From Vicugna vicugna (lineage: Eukaryota), in NCBI GenBank assembly GCA_013265495.1, contig MU061578.1:2737308-2801307 (forward strand): a DNA stretch of 64,000 nt, in the 5' to 3' direction. The notes beneath the pieces were generated by a model. It was not told where the DNA came from. It was given only the letters and a program-made list of their open reading frames with translations, and searched no databases. Positions 22,001 through 43,521 of the stretch are shown in pieces (the first letter of the stretch is position 1; each line of letters opens with the position of its first letter). Both the position numbers and the translations under genes were made by a program.

Positions 22001-25000
22001 TACCAGAAATTAACACATTATAAATCAACCACATTTTTAAAATTTAAAAAAAAAAGAAGCAGCCCTAGTTTGTTTCAGTGGGAAATGATATTTAGAGACC
22101 ACCATCTGGGCGTTAGGGATGATCATTGCTACTGTCTAGGCCTTTCCATGGACAGAGCTAGGATATGGGTGGTGATATGTGTCCATTCTCTTTGAGAGAA
22201 AATACTTCAAAGTCCATATTGATGTTTTTAATTCAAAATCAGAATGGCAGGGTTTTTACTCAACCTCTTCTGCTGTCTCCTTCCTTCTACACTGGAAATT
22301 CTGGTTCTCAGGAGCACAGGGGATGATGTTAGGATATCCCCCAGCTGCCCGTGGGCTTTATCCCGTACTACTCATGCAGCTGTCGCAGAACAACAGTGCT
22401 AATTCCTCCCACCAACTGTGCTTACTGAAAGCAGTGTAAATATTTATATGTGCCATCCTCATTCTCCCTGCATGGTCGTCATAAAGCCCCGACGTGGTAT
22501 TACCGCAGACTCGGCAGTTCAGAGCAGCTCCAGCTCCGTAGGTCAGAAGTCTGCTGGGTCAGCTGCTTTCTCTTCTTTGAGCATCACAGAGCTAGAGTCA
22601 AGGTGTCTGCAGGAGTAGGCCCCGGGGAAGAGACCGTTCCAGGAGGCTCAGGTCGTTGGCACAGTTGCATTTCCTGCGGCTGCAGGACTGGGGTTTCATT
22701 TCCTTGCTGGCGCTTGGACGGGTGTTGTTCTCAGCTTCTAGGGACCACCCTGGCCCGTGACTCGTGGTGCCTTCATTCCAAAGCCAGTGACCACTTCAGA
22801 TCCCTCCTGCCTCTTCTTCTTCTGCATCTCGCAGATGTCAGCCCTGATGATTCAATCGGGCCCACCCAGATAATCCAGGATTATTTCCGCATATCAAGTT
22901 CTGTACCCTTAAATGCATCTTCAGAATCCCTTTGCCAAATAGCGTAACACAGTCCCAGGTCCCAGGGATTCCAGCGGAAGCATATGGACCTCATGCACGT
23001 AACACAGCGTCTTCCTTCTCAGTCTCTCTCGGTCTGTGTGTTGATGTCTCTCTAGCCATTTTGGTGTCTCAAGTTTGTTTTCTAGGTGGTTCTTTAAGGA
23101 GGGCTCGTGGGGTAGACTTTCCTGGAGTTCTTGCGTGTTGATAACAGTTGGAGTCATTTATACTTGAATCCTGACTCACATCTTCTCTCTCTGACTCTCT
23201 CAAACATATTTCTCCATCTTCTTTGTCAAAGCATTACTGTGGAAAAGGCTGATGATAATTTAATTTTTTTCCTTTTTATATTACATGCCCTTTTCTCTTA
23301 GATGGCCAAAGCATTTTTATTTTCCTTTAAAGTCCAGTAATTCTGTTAGACAACGTCTCAAGGTTGTGATCATTCCTGGGTCAGTGACCCCCAGGTGCAG
23401 AGTGTACTCCTTCAGTATTCATTTCAAATCTTGTTTTGGAAGGAATTCTTTCTTGAATTATCATTTTTAGTATTTGTTCTTTGCTTTCCATTTCCACTGA
23501 AAGTACCTAAAAATGGGTGACATACACAACAGAAATTTAACATCACACAGTTCTGGAAGCTATAAATCCAAAACCAAGGTGTCAGCAGGGCTGGTTCCTT
23601 TTGAGGATTGCAAGGGAAGGGTGTGTTCCAGGCCTCTGTCCTCAGCCTGCAGACAGCCATCTCCTGCCTGTCTCTTCACATGATCATCCCTCCATGTGTA
23701 TCCATGTCCCAACATCCTCTTCTTATAAGGGTGCAGTCAGATTGGATTAGGGCCCCCCGTACCCTCATTTTAACACGATTCCCTCTGTAAAGACACCATT
23801 TCCAAATAAGGTCATATTCTCAGATGCCGGGAGTGAGGACTTCAGCATATGAATTTGGGAAGGAAACAATTGGACCCATGACAATCTTTCTTAATTAATT
23901 TTTGATTTTGAAATTTCACTCCTTTTTACCTCTTGTGTCTCTTAAGGGTTTTATCTGTTTTTATGTTTTGTTTTGTTTTTATTCTCATGTTCCTTCCAGT
24001 AATCTTTATTTCTGGAATAATGTTTTCTGTTAATTGTCCCACATTTCTGAGTGTTTCTAATGGCTGTTTAGGCCTCGCCCCAGGGCCCTCACACCCCCAC
24101 TCCTAGAGCAGTCAAGTTCCCTCCTAGGTGGACCTCTGCCTTTCCAGCTCACAAGGGTCATGTCACTCCCCTGCTCGGAACCTGCCAGTGGCTTCCTATC
24201 ACATTTAGACTCAAGTCCTAATTCCTTACGTGACCCATGAGGCCCTCCACGCCTGCCCTGGTTGCTGGATTAATTCTGTCTCCCTGTTTCGGCCCAGCCT
24301 TCCGGGGACTCAGTCACACTCTCCGAGAGCACAGCCATCGTTTCCCACGGCACCACGGGCCTGGTCACATGGAACGCCGCTCTGTACCTTGCGGAATGGG
24401 CCCTAGAGAACCCAGCGGCCTTCACTCACAGGTGACCTGGGGGTGCAGGGCCGGGCCCCCCCTGGGCAGGTCTGCCCAGGCACAGTTACAGAAACGGCCC
24501 CCTTCTCCCACCCAGGACCATCTTAGAGCTCGGCAGTGGAGCCGGCCTCACGGGCCTGGCCATTTGCAAGACGTGCCGTCCCAGAGCATACATCTTCAGT
24601 GACTGTCACAGCCGGGTCCTTGAGCAGCTCCAAGGGAATGTCCTTCTCAATGGCTTCTCATTGGAGCCAAACGTCACCACCCCCGCCCAGCACCCAGCAT
24701 TCGAGACCCCTGACACAGACAGCCCCAGGGTGACGGTGGCCCGGCTGGACTGGGACGTCGTGACGGCCCCTCAGCTTGCTGCCTTCTGGCCAGACATTGT
24801 CATCGCAGCAGGTACTGCCCAGGCCACTGGAACACAGCCTCCCTGCAATTCCACCCAGCTCTCAGCTCAGGGAAGGGGACAGTGGCCGCTGCCTAGCCGG
24901 AGGAATGATGGGACTTCTGGAAGGTCATGTGGACCTCCAGGGTGACATCAGAGCACAGGGCGTGCCTCTTGGGTGCCCTCCTGTTTGAGAAGTGGCCATG

Positions 25001-27658
25001 CGTACTCCCACTGTCATGGTTCCATCCTCTGAAGGAAGCAGCTCGTCCCAGCAAGGCCTGGGATAAACAGAGCAGGCCCCAGGGTGCCAGACCAGTGTGA
25101 CCCATCTTAGCCAGGCCACAGTGCAGTGGGCAGACTTCATGTCCCTCTCCAGCAGCCTAGGGAGGCCTCTTGGATGCCATCCAGAATCGAAATGAAATGG
25201 CCAAAGCAGCCTCAACCCTGCCTCTAGCCCCCTATCTTCAGACGTGGGTAGAGGTGGCCACAGTAACCTTGTCCTTTCAGAGCCACAGAGAGGGCCACAA
25301 GATCCTGATTCCTCTGTGTGCCCTGGGCCAGGCCGAGGGTCAGACCGCAGTGGTGTCCAAGTCAGGGAAGGAGCCCTGGTTGCCCCCACCTCTGTCAGCT
25401 CTTGCTTCCAAAATCTTTGTGCATGTTCGTGTTGTCACCATATGTCCCTGAGGCTGAGGGCTCTGCCTGTATGTCTCTGTTCTGGGTCCACAGAATGAGC
25501 CCCACGAGGAGGGACCACCCACAGGGGGGCGGGCCTTGAAGAAAGGGGCATGGCCACCAACAGGCCCGCAGTCCCCCACCATGCTCATCTGGCTCCCGTC
25601 TGGCTGACAGTGCTGTGCTCTGGCTTGGCCACAGCCCTGACACCCAGGTCCAGGGCGGCCGGAGCACAGAGGTTTAGCCACTTGCTCTTGGGGGCCCAGC
25701 TGGTAGTCGGGAGGGAGCTTGTCCCCAACATGAAAGAAACAAGAAGCCTGAGGCAGAGCCAGGGTTTGCTTCATTAAGCATCTTCTAAATAGGCCATAGG
25801 CAAAGAATTGATTTTTTCTTTTAAAGGAACACCAGTGAGTCCTAGATATTTTTCATGTGTTGCAGTATCTTTCAGCAGCTTTTTTCCTTTCCTCTCCTAA
25901 GGGTTTTCCTTTCTTACTCATGTAATTTTCTTACCGTCCAACAGCACAAACCTAATAGAACTGCTGCTTTCCAGGCCTTCGTCCTGCTGCCAATGTTGGC
26001 ACAACCCAGAAGCCTCCATCCTGGGGTCTTGGGTCCTGGGTCCTGGAGGAGCCCCTTTCAGTAACCTGGGGTTTTCATCACAGACGTGCTGTATTGCCCA
26101 GAAACTATCCTCTCCCTGGTTGGGGTCCTGCAGAAGCTCTCTGCCTGCCAGAAGGACCAGCAGGCTCCTGACGCCTACGTTGCCTTCACCATCCGCAACC
26201 CAGAGACGTGCCAGCTGTTCACCACAGAGCTGGGTGAGCCCCAGGCCTCAGGATGGGCTGCTGTCTCTGAGAGGCCAGCCCAGGCCTGCAGGGCCACTGT
26301 GCTAACCCTACACAGGTCTGCAGACAGACAGAAATCAGGAAAGTAAAGGAGTGGGGCCCTGGAGACAAATTAGGGAGCCCCAGACCACAATGTGCTGGGC
26401 CAACAGTTCCCGACCCAGGAGGTCAGCACAGGAGCCAGGGCTGGGGAGGGGTGCTCTGGGGAGGAAGGAGGCAGTTTACATGTCTTTAGGGCAGGTTTTG
26501 AGAGCCTTTGGACCTCAGTTTCCTTGTCTGTAAAATGGAGAGGTGCAGTGCTGTCATTCTCCATCTCACCCTCAAAAACACGGCAGTGTAGGGTGGCTAA
26601 GTGACCACCCAGGCACCCATGGACTAGAGCCAGACATCTGGCTTCCACTCTCCACCCCCCACCCCCACCATGTGACCCCCACCACTGGCAGTCCTGACCA
26701 GGGCTTCCCATGTGCAACGTGGCAGCAGTGCAGAGCCCTGCACTTGCCCCAGCCCCTATAAGCAAAGCCCTCCCACGCTGCCTCAGCCAACAGAGAGAGA
26801 GGACCAGCATCCACCCCCGCACACCCTGTCCCACGGACAGAGGGCTGTGCAGCCTTGAAAAATGAAGTCCTCCAGATGCTTACATGAAAAAACACTCAGG
26901 CTGTATTTTAAGTGAAGCCAAGTGCTAAACAGCACATACAGTATATATTTTTATTTTAAAAAATCATGGTAATACACATATGGGGAAACTCCATATACAC
27001 CAATGAACATTATTAACATGTTATACTTGGACAGCAAGATCATGACAGTTGTACATACTGTATGTCTACTATTTCATTTTTATAAATAGTAACTTTTCCA
27101 TTCATAAAAGACTGCTATGACAAAACGATCCTTACAAAGGGCTCATCAGACACCTGTGCTCACAAAGAGGATGTGAGCCCCTCCTGACGCACGTCTAGCC
27201 TCTGAAGGCACCAGGCTGAGCGGTCAGGCAGCCATGGGTTCAAACTTCAGCTCCTCTCAAGCTGTGCCCAGTGACAGGGTGGAGGACAGGTGCAGGGAAT
27301 GACAGGGAACCCAGATGGGCCCTGAGCTGCCAGGGATGCACCTGGCCCAGTGGGCAGATGGAGCAAACCTGGCTGCTGTGAGCTGCCTACAAACAGGATT
27401 CCTGTCCCACCCCTGTTGTCTGGATAGGGCCTGGAAATCTGTGGTCTGTACACTCCTCCCTGCCCTCAACCCAGGCCAGTCCCAAAGCCCTGCACTGATA
27501 GGGTGGTGTCCCCTCCCCAGACCCCGCCATCCTGAGATGTGTGTGCTCTGTTTCCAGGCCGGGCTGGGATCCTGTGGGAAGAACTACCTCGTCATGACCA
27601 GAAACTGTTTCCCTACGAAGAGCACTCGGAGATGGCAATTCTGAAACTAACGCTGTAG
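13014..27658 (+). CDS. EEF2KMT: Protein-lysine N-methyltransferase EEF2KMT (FAM86A), complete, 340 aa; exons 13014-13109, 15257-15319, 17125-17205, 17391-17492, 24298-24431, 24516-24811, 26084-26233, 27558-27658
   Basis: [23 protein letters not shown]..., [18 protein letters not shown] motif [23 protein letters not shown]; all junctions GT-AG, 1023-nt open CDS. Confidence 0.97.
15257..15319 (+). CDS. EEF2KMT: EEF2KMT exon 2
   Basis: [21 protein letters not shown]|gtaaga. Confidence 0.95.
16509..16865. mobile_element. MaLR LTR (MLT1A-like)
   Basis: ggtggcttataaacaa...cagttctggaggctgggaa.tccaagatcaagg...attcagtctatagca. Confidence 0.82.
17125..17205 (+). CDS. EEF2KMT: EEF2KMT exon 3
   Basis: [27 protein letters not shown]|gttagt. 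Confidence 0.95.
17391..17492 (+). CDS. EEF2KMT: EEF2KMT exon 4
   Basis: [20 protein letters not shown]...SYLL|gtagga. Confidence 0.95.
19000..19046. repeat. (CA)n microsatellite
   Basis: Direct observation. Confidence 0.95.
19060..20601 (-). mobile_element. Young L1 3' fragment with tandemly repeated composite 3' end
   Basis: Open ORF2 C-terminus (ORF 20236-20607, [22 protein letters not shown]); exact TSD caccacagcttcttt at 19045-19059 and 20602-20616. Confidence 0.92.
19066..20090. repeat. 427-bp tandem repeat, about 2.4 copies
   Basis: Anchor tgattcataa recurs at 19081, 19508 and 19935. Confidence 0.93.
21813..22055 (+). mobile_element. L1 3'UTR fragment
   Basis: gggataaattaggagtttgggatt...aacaacaaggtcctactgta...A tail; degenerate TSD aagaagc..ctagt. 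Confidence 0.85.
23500..23883. mobile_element. MaLR LTR (MLT1B-like)
   Basis: MLT1 consensus blocks. Confidence 0.75.
24298..24431 (+). CDS. EEF2KMT: EEF2KMT exon 5
   Basis: [28 protein letters not shown]. Confidence 0.95.
24516..24811 (+). CDS. EEF2KMT: EEF2KMT exon 6
   Basis: [13 protein letters not shown]...LDWD...DIVIAA. Confidence 0.95.
26084..26233 (+). CDS. EEF2KMT: EEF2KMT exon 7
   Basis: DVLYCPE...[17 protein letters not shown]. Confidence 0.95.
27558..27658 (+). CDS. EEF2KMT: EEF2KMT exon 8 (stop TAG)
   Basis: [32 protein letters not shown]. Confidence 0.95.
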
Positions 27659-27794
27659 GTTTACAAACGGTTTTGAAGAGTAACATGAAAATTAAATCAC
27701 TATCCTGGAGAGAATGTTTATGTGGGAAAGCTAAAGCTTTCACTGGACTTGAATGTTTAAAGAATGTTAAATTCTGAATCAGGAACCACAAACT

Positions 27795-27805
27795 TTTATA
27801 ATAAA
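27795..27805. terminator. Poly(A) signal AATAAA (+, EEF2KMT) abutting TATAAA (-, candidate for ALG1)
   Basis: TTTTATAATAAAA about 140 bp after the EEF2KMT stop. Confidence 0.6.
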
Positions 27806-28323
27806 ATATAAACTGTTCCAAATGTGTAGTTGCCCCTTTCTGTCAGTCATCTTAGTTCTTAAGCAAATCACCATAAATCAGAAATGAACTATTTGGCTCT
27901 GAGAGAAGCATTTCATTTGTGCAAATGAAAACATACACCAAGTCTGTTTTCCCCCAATCTGGACACACATGCCTCACGGGGCCAAGCCTGCTGTACAGCA
28001 TGCGTCTGCTGCCCTTGCAGTGCGCTGGGCTGCGATGCCAAGGCAGGAAATAAAAATATTACGGACGCAACCAGGCAGATGCTGGGAAAGGCAGGCACCA
28101 GGATATAAAACAGGGATTAAGATGTCGAAGACACCAGAAGCAAGTAACAGAAAAGTAATAATCTTGGGGTGGGGGTGCGGGAAGACTCATAAGACAGGAG
28201 AAGAAAAGAGAGAAGTGATTCAGAGCATCCAAAAAAGAAACCAGGCTGAGCCAGTTTCCTAGGCCATAAACTGGTTATTAACTTCCTTCCACGGGCAGCA
28301 CCTGATGCCATCCTTACAGCTGC

Positions 28324-28342
28324 TGTCCACTAGGAGGCGCTG
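28324..28342 (+). promoter_or_regulatory. CTCF motif (forward)
   Basis: TGTCCACTAGGAGGCGCTG closely matches the CTCF core. Confidence 0.55.
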
Positions 28343-28511
28343 CTCCACAGGGTTTGCCCAGGGACTGGCCAGCAGCTGAAGGAAGCTTCAAGGAGGGGAG
28401 TTGGCCGGCTTCTGGGGAAGAAGAGGGAGGGGTGGGCATCAGCGTGAGGATCTCTCTCAGCCATGTCCAGAACAGGACACCTCAGGGATTTCAGTCATTG
28501 GCCCAAGAGGG

Positions 28512-38999
<10,488 letters not shown>

Positions 39000-40430
39000 C
39001 TTGGCGCGCCAGCAACAGTCACGTGACCTCACTTCCGCGGGCTGACGGCGCTGTGCGCAGCCGCAGACCGAGGCTCCGCGGTGGGCGGAGAGAAGGGAGG
39101 CCAAGGCTTGGTTCCCTAAGCAGCAGCCGGTGGAACCTCTGAAGAGCCCCTGGAGGCTGAGTTATAGTGGTATTAAAGTAAAGCTGTTACCATGTGGGGA
39201 TCAAGGAACATTTTTTTTCAAAGTTCTAAGATAATTTCAAAATATAGTGAGGCAGCAATTTAGATGAATCGCATAAACACAATGTTGAGAAGAGACCACA
39301 CAGCAGAGTGCATACTGGCTGATTCCATTTATATAAAATCAAAACTACTCTTTGCTGTTAGAGTTCAGGGGCGTGACCTGCCTTGCGGGGTGGGGGAGTG
39401 AGTGGGAGAAGGCCAGTGGGGAGCTGGTGGTGGGTTTTTGTTTTGTTTCTTGATCTGGGTAATCCGTTTGGGAAAATTCATCAAGCAGCAAACATTCATT
39501 TTTCAAGATGTATGTTGTACTTGAATAAAACATTTGAGCTATAAAAAGAAAAAGAATAGGAAAGGACAAAGAAGGAAGTGAAAACCATAACGATTTTAAA
39601 TGTCCGTAGTAAGAAGGAAAATTTCCCCACTGACCCTCCCATTTCACCTCCCAAAGTAACCTCGACATGGTTTTGCGTGGGTCCGTGTGACAAAGTTTTG
39701 ACTCTGAAAGAGGTCCTCTTGCTGAAAAACATGGAGAGCATGTTGGTAAAGCCACCGCCCCTGCCCTCACCTTGGGAGCTGCCTCAGAACCTGTAGGGTG
39801 CTGGGCACAGCGACCACCTGCCCTTGGGCCTACCTTACCAACTCACCGGTTGGATAAAGAAACATCACAGCACCTCCTCCCTTGATGAGAGCCTGGACTG
39901 GGCAGCACCATGCTGATGCGATTACCCAGGGACCCTAGAACCCAGCTCAGGACTTGGCATGTATCTCATTCGCGTCTCAAAATAGCCCTGTAACTTCCCA
40001 TTTTACAGATAAGAACACTGAAGGTCACACCATTGGTTAGTATGTGGCAGACACAGGACTTGAAACCTGAATTAAAGAGGGTAAGGAACGATGAGTAAAT
40101 GTGCACAGGTGGAGGGATGGGCTGACCAACACCGTATGCAGCTCATTAGTCCCCCAGTTCTCAGAGAGGCCCCTGCCTTCAGTTGCATGTGCCAGAGGCT
40201 GAAACACATGCCCTGCCCACTCCATGCACCCTCTGTGGTGGGGCAGGGCTGGGATCCAGAGACCTCAGCCTCATGGGTCCCTTGATCTTGAGCAAATCAC
40301 TCTCTATCATTTGGCTTTACTGACCGGTAAATTAAGAGAGCAGGACTTCACATCTCAGAGAGCCCCTCTTGTTCTGATGATCTAAGAGGATAAGGACCAG
40401 ATGCCATGGTTGTGACAAATCAAGAGTAAA

Positions 40431-40690
40431 TGGGGGCAGGGATAAATTGGGAGTTAGAGATTTGCAGATACTAACTGATATATACAGAATAGATAAACAA
40501 AAAGCTTATACTGTATAGCACAGGGAACTATATTTGATATCTTATAATAACTATGGTGAAAATGAATGTGAAAACCAATGTACATATGTTCATATATGAC
40601 TGAAACATTGTGCTGTACACTAGAAATTGACACAACATTGTAAACTGAGTATACGTCAATAAAATGTTATATAAGTGCAAAAAGAAAAAA
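40431..40690 (+). mobile_element. L1 3'UTR fragment
   Basis: Same L1 3' end; TSD aagagtaaa. Confidence 0.85.
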
Positions 40691-41026
40691 GAGTAAACGC
40701 CTTGCCCTGGAAGATGAAACCCTGACTGAGGAAAGAGTTGGGATTTTATTTCTCTAGGGAAAGGGAAGCAAGATGCCTCACCAGCCAGTCCTGCTCGTCC
40801 TGCTCGCCCACTTGGCGTACATCACACATGAAATTCAATCATTCCAAAGGTCAAGAGGGTATTGTTTCCCCATCCAGAGACGGAAGGCTGAACCCTGGCA
40901 GGATTACCCAATGACTGAGATGTGGACTCAGGCATTAGAATCCCTGCACCACCTCATCCTAGCTGAGAGACAATGGGTCAAAATAAGTCACTTACCCCCA
41001 AGAGCCTCAGATTTTAAGCTACAAAA

Positions 41027-41133
41027 GGGGATGTGGGGTATAGCTCAATGATAGAGTGCATGCTTAGCATGCACAACGTCCTTGGTTCAATCCCCAGTCC
41101 CTCCATTTAACAAAAACCTGGAAAAAAAAAAAA
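41027..41133 (+). mobile_element. vic-1-like SINE
   Basis: GGGGTATAGCTCAATGATAGAG...GGTTCAATCCCCAGT plus A tail. Confidence 0.85.
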
Positions 41134-41389
41134 AGAGGGTGGGGGATAGGAATAGTGCCCATGTCAAGAGTTGTTGTAAGGATTAACAAAAGTGATGTTA
41201 GTGACAGGCTTCACTTGGAACAGTCGTTGTAAATGGCACATTCAAGGGAGCAAAAAGAGGTTCTTGAGGAACAAAGAAGAATTTACTCATTTTATGTATA
41301 CAACACAGATATAGATACAGCATGCAAAGAAATATACAGGGTATCTGCAGTCTTAAAATTTCAAGAGTTCCAAAAACTACTTGTGCACA

Positions 41390-42048
41390 AAGAACCCTCC
41401 TACATCACTGGTGGCTGTGTGAAACGGTGCAGCTGCTATGGGAAGTACCTTGACAGTTCTCTAATAAGTTAAACGTAGTTACCACCTGACTGGCAGTTGC
41501 ACTCCTAGGTACATACCCAAGAGCATGGAAGATAGGTTGTCAAACAAAACCTTGTAAAGGAATGTTTATATCAGCATATTCACAGTAGCACAAAGATGGA
41601 AACAACTCAAATGTCATTTAACTGGTGAATGGATAAAATGTGATCTATCCAGACAATGGAGTATTATTCAAGCATAAAAAGGAATGAAGCACTGATTCAT
41701 GCTATAACTTGGATGAACCCTGAATGCGTTATATTCAGAGAAAGAAGCCAGACACAAAAGGTCACACATTTTATAAGTCCATTTCTATGAAATGTCAAGA
41801 ATAGGCTAATCTATAGAACCAGAAAGCAGATTAGTGGTTGCCAGGGGCTGGGGTCTGGGGTTGAGGGGTGACTGCTAATGGGTGTAGGGTTTCCTTTTTG
41901 GGTGATGAAAATATTCCAGAGTTAGACAGTGGTGGTGTTTGCACAACTTTGTGAATATACTTTAAGAGACACTTTTGAATTGTACACTTTAAAGGGGGCA
42001 AATTTTATGATATGTGAATTATATCTCATTAAAGCTATTATTTTTAAA
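41390..42048 (+). mobile_element. Old L1M (L1MB-like) 3' end
   Basis: Typical L1MB 3' consensus blocks. Confidence 0.82.
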
Positions 42049-42577
42049 TGTTAAGGGGGAATTGTCTTAAAAGCGTGGGGAAGGGCAAGAATGAAAAAAA
42101 AGAAAGGGAGAGAAAGAGAAAGAAAAAAAATATTGAGAAACCCTGACCTGGAACCTGCCCACAAGGAGTGTCAGATTCACATTTTGGTAGTGACATTTTT
42201 GTGATTTTTACAGATCTGTAATCTCTTAAGTGAAATCTTGGGGGCCAAGTATGTCTCTGAATTCAGAATTTTTTGGATTTCAGAAAGGTCACATGGCACA
42301 CATGCACAGAGCAGTCCTAGCAAGGGTCGGGACAGCACCCAGTATTCCAACGGCAACATTTCCCTGGGGAAACAGATGTACCTTCAAGGTGAATGAGCTG
42401 CATGAGAGCGTGAAGCCCTCACTGTCCAATACAAGACGCGCACATGGCTGCTGGGCTCTTGAAATGTGTCTAGCCTGAGCTGAAATGTTCCATGAGTGTA
42501 AAATACCCCTTGGATTTCAAAGACTTTGTAGGTGAAAAATGATATTTTTTTAAAAATGCAAAAAATGAAATTTCTGA

Positions 42578-42717
42578 GGGGGTGGGGTATAGCTCAGTGG
42601 TAGAGCACGTACTTAGCAGGCACAAGATCCTGGGTTCAATCCCCAGTACCTCCAATTAAAATAATAAGTAAACCTAATTACCTCCCCCTCTCCAAAAACA
42701 AAAACAAACAAAAAAAC
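42578..42717 (+). mobile_element. vic-1-like SINE inserted in a MER3/MER33-like element
   Basis: A and B boxes, AAACCTAATTACCTCCCC 3' part, A tail. Confidence 0.88.
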
Positions 42718-43313
42718 TTTTAAAAGCTCATAAGCATGAATAAAATATCCAGTTTTTTTAAGGTAAATTTCTATTGATTTTTTAATATTGTTAACAAGTC
42801 GAAACGATATTTTGGATATTTGGATCTATTGGTTTAAGTAAAATATATGGTTAAGATTCATTTCGTCTGCTTCTCTTTCGTTTTTTAATGTGGCACCCAG
42901 GAAACTCGCCTTTGCAGCTCATATTCTGTTTCTAATGGAAGGGTGCTGCAATAAGAAACCTGTTCAGTTCAGGGCCGGTGTGCCCTCAAATGAGCTTATT
43001 CAAAACTTACTTGAAAAACAAAGCAAAACATTGCAGCTGCAGTTGCTAGATCAAAGATGTAGCCCTTTGCCTGGAGAGTCAGGGGTGAGAAGGAAAGGGT
43101 AAGTGCCCCTCTCCCCAGCCTGCGGCCAACTGGCTGCACATCCAGGGCTGTTCTGACTGCCGGGCCCCTGCTCTGCCCCCTCTGCTGGGTCAGCCCTGCC
43201 CAGCCACTCCTCTGCAGCTCTGCAGGGACAAGGGGAGGAGGAGGCGGGAGGAAGGTGTGTGGGGGCAGGCTGGCCCGGGCTGAAGCGCTCCAGCAGCCTC
43301 TCACAGGCCAGCC

Positions 43314-43521
43314 ATGTCCAGCCCGGGGCTCCTGCTCCTGGTCCTGCTGCTGGCACCACTGCCACTGCAGCCCTCCTTGCTGCCACCGCCAGACACCCCA
43401 GAGGGCAAGGCCGCCATCACGGGCCTCATCCTCTCTGCGCTGGAGAGAGCCACGTCCTTCCTGAAGAAGAGGCTGCCTGAAATCAACCTGGATGGCGTGG
43501 TGGGGTTCCGGGTGCTGGAAG
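43314..43521 (+). CDS. C16orf89: C16orf89 exon 1
   Basis: signal peptide through GFRVLE G|gtgggt. Confidence 0.93.

Noticed and set aside
42578..42655. tRNA-Ala-like sequences (also at 615-687, 41030 and 52181)
   Set aside because: They have A-rich tails, a shared non-tRNA 3' extension and, in some copies, TSDs, so they are SINEs and not tRNA genes.
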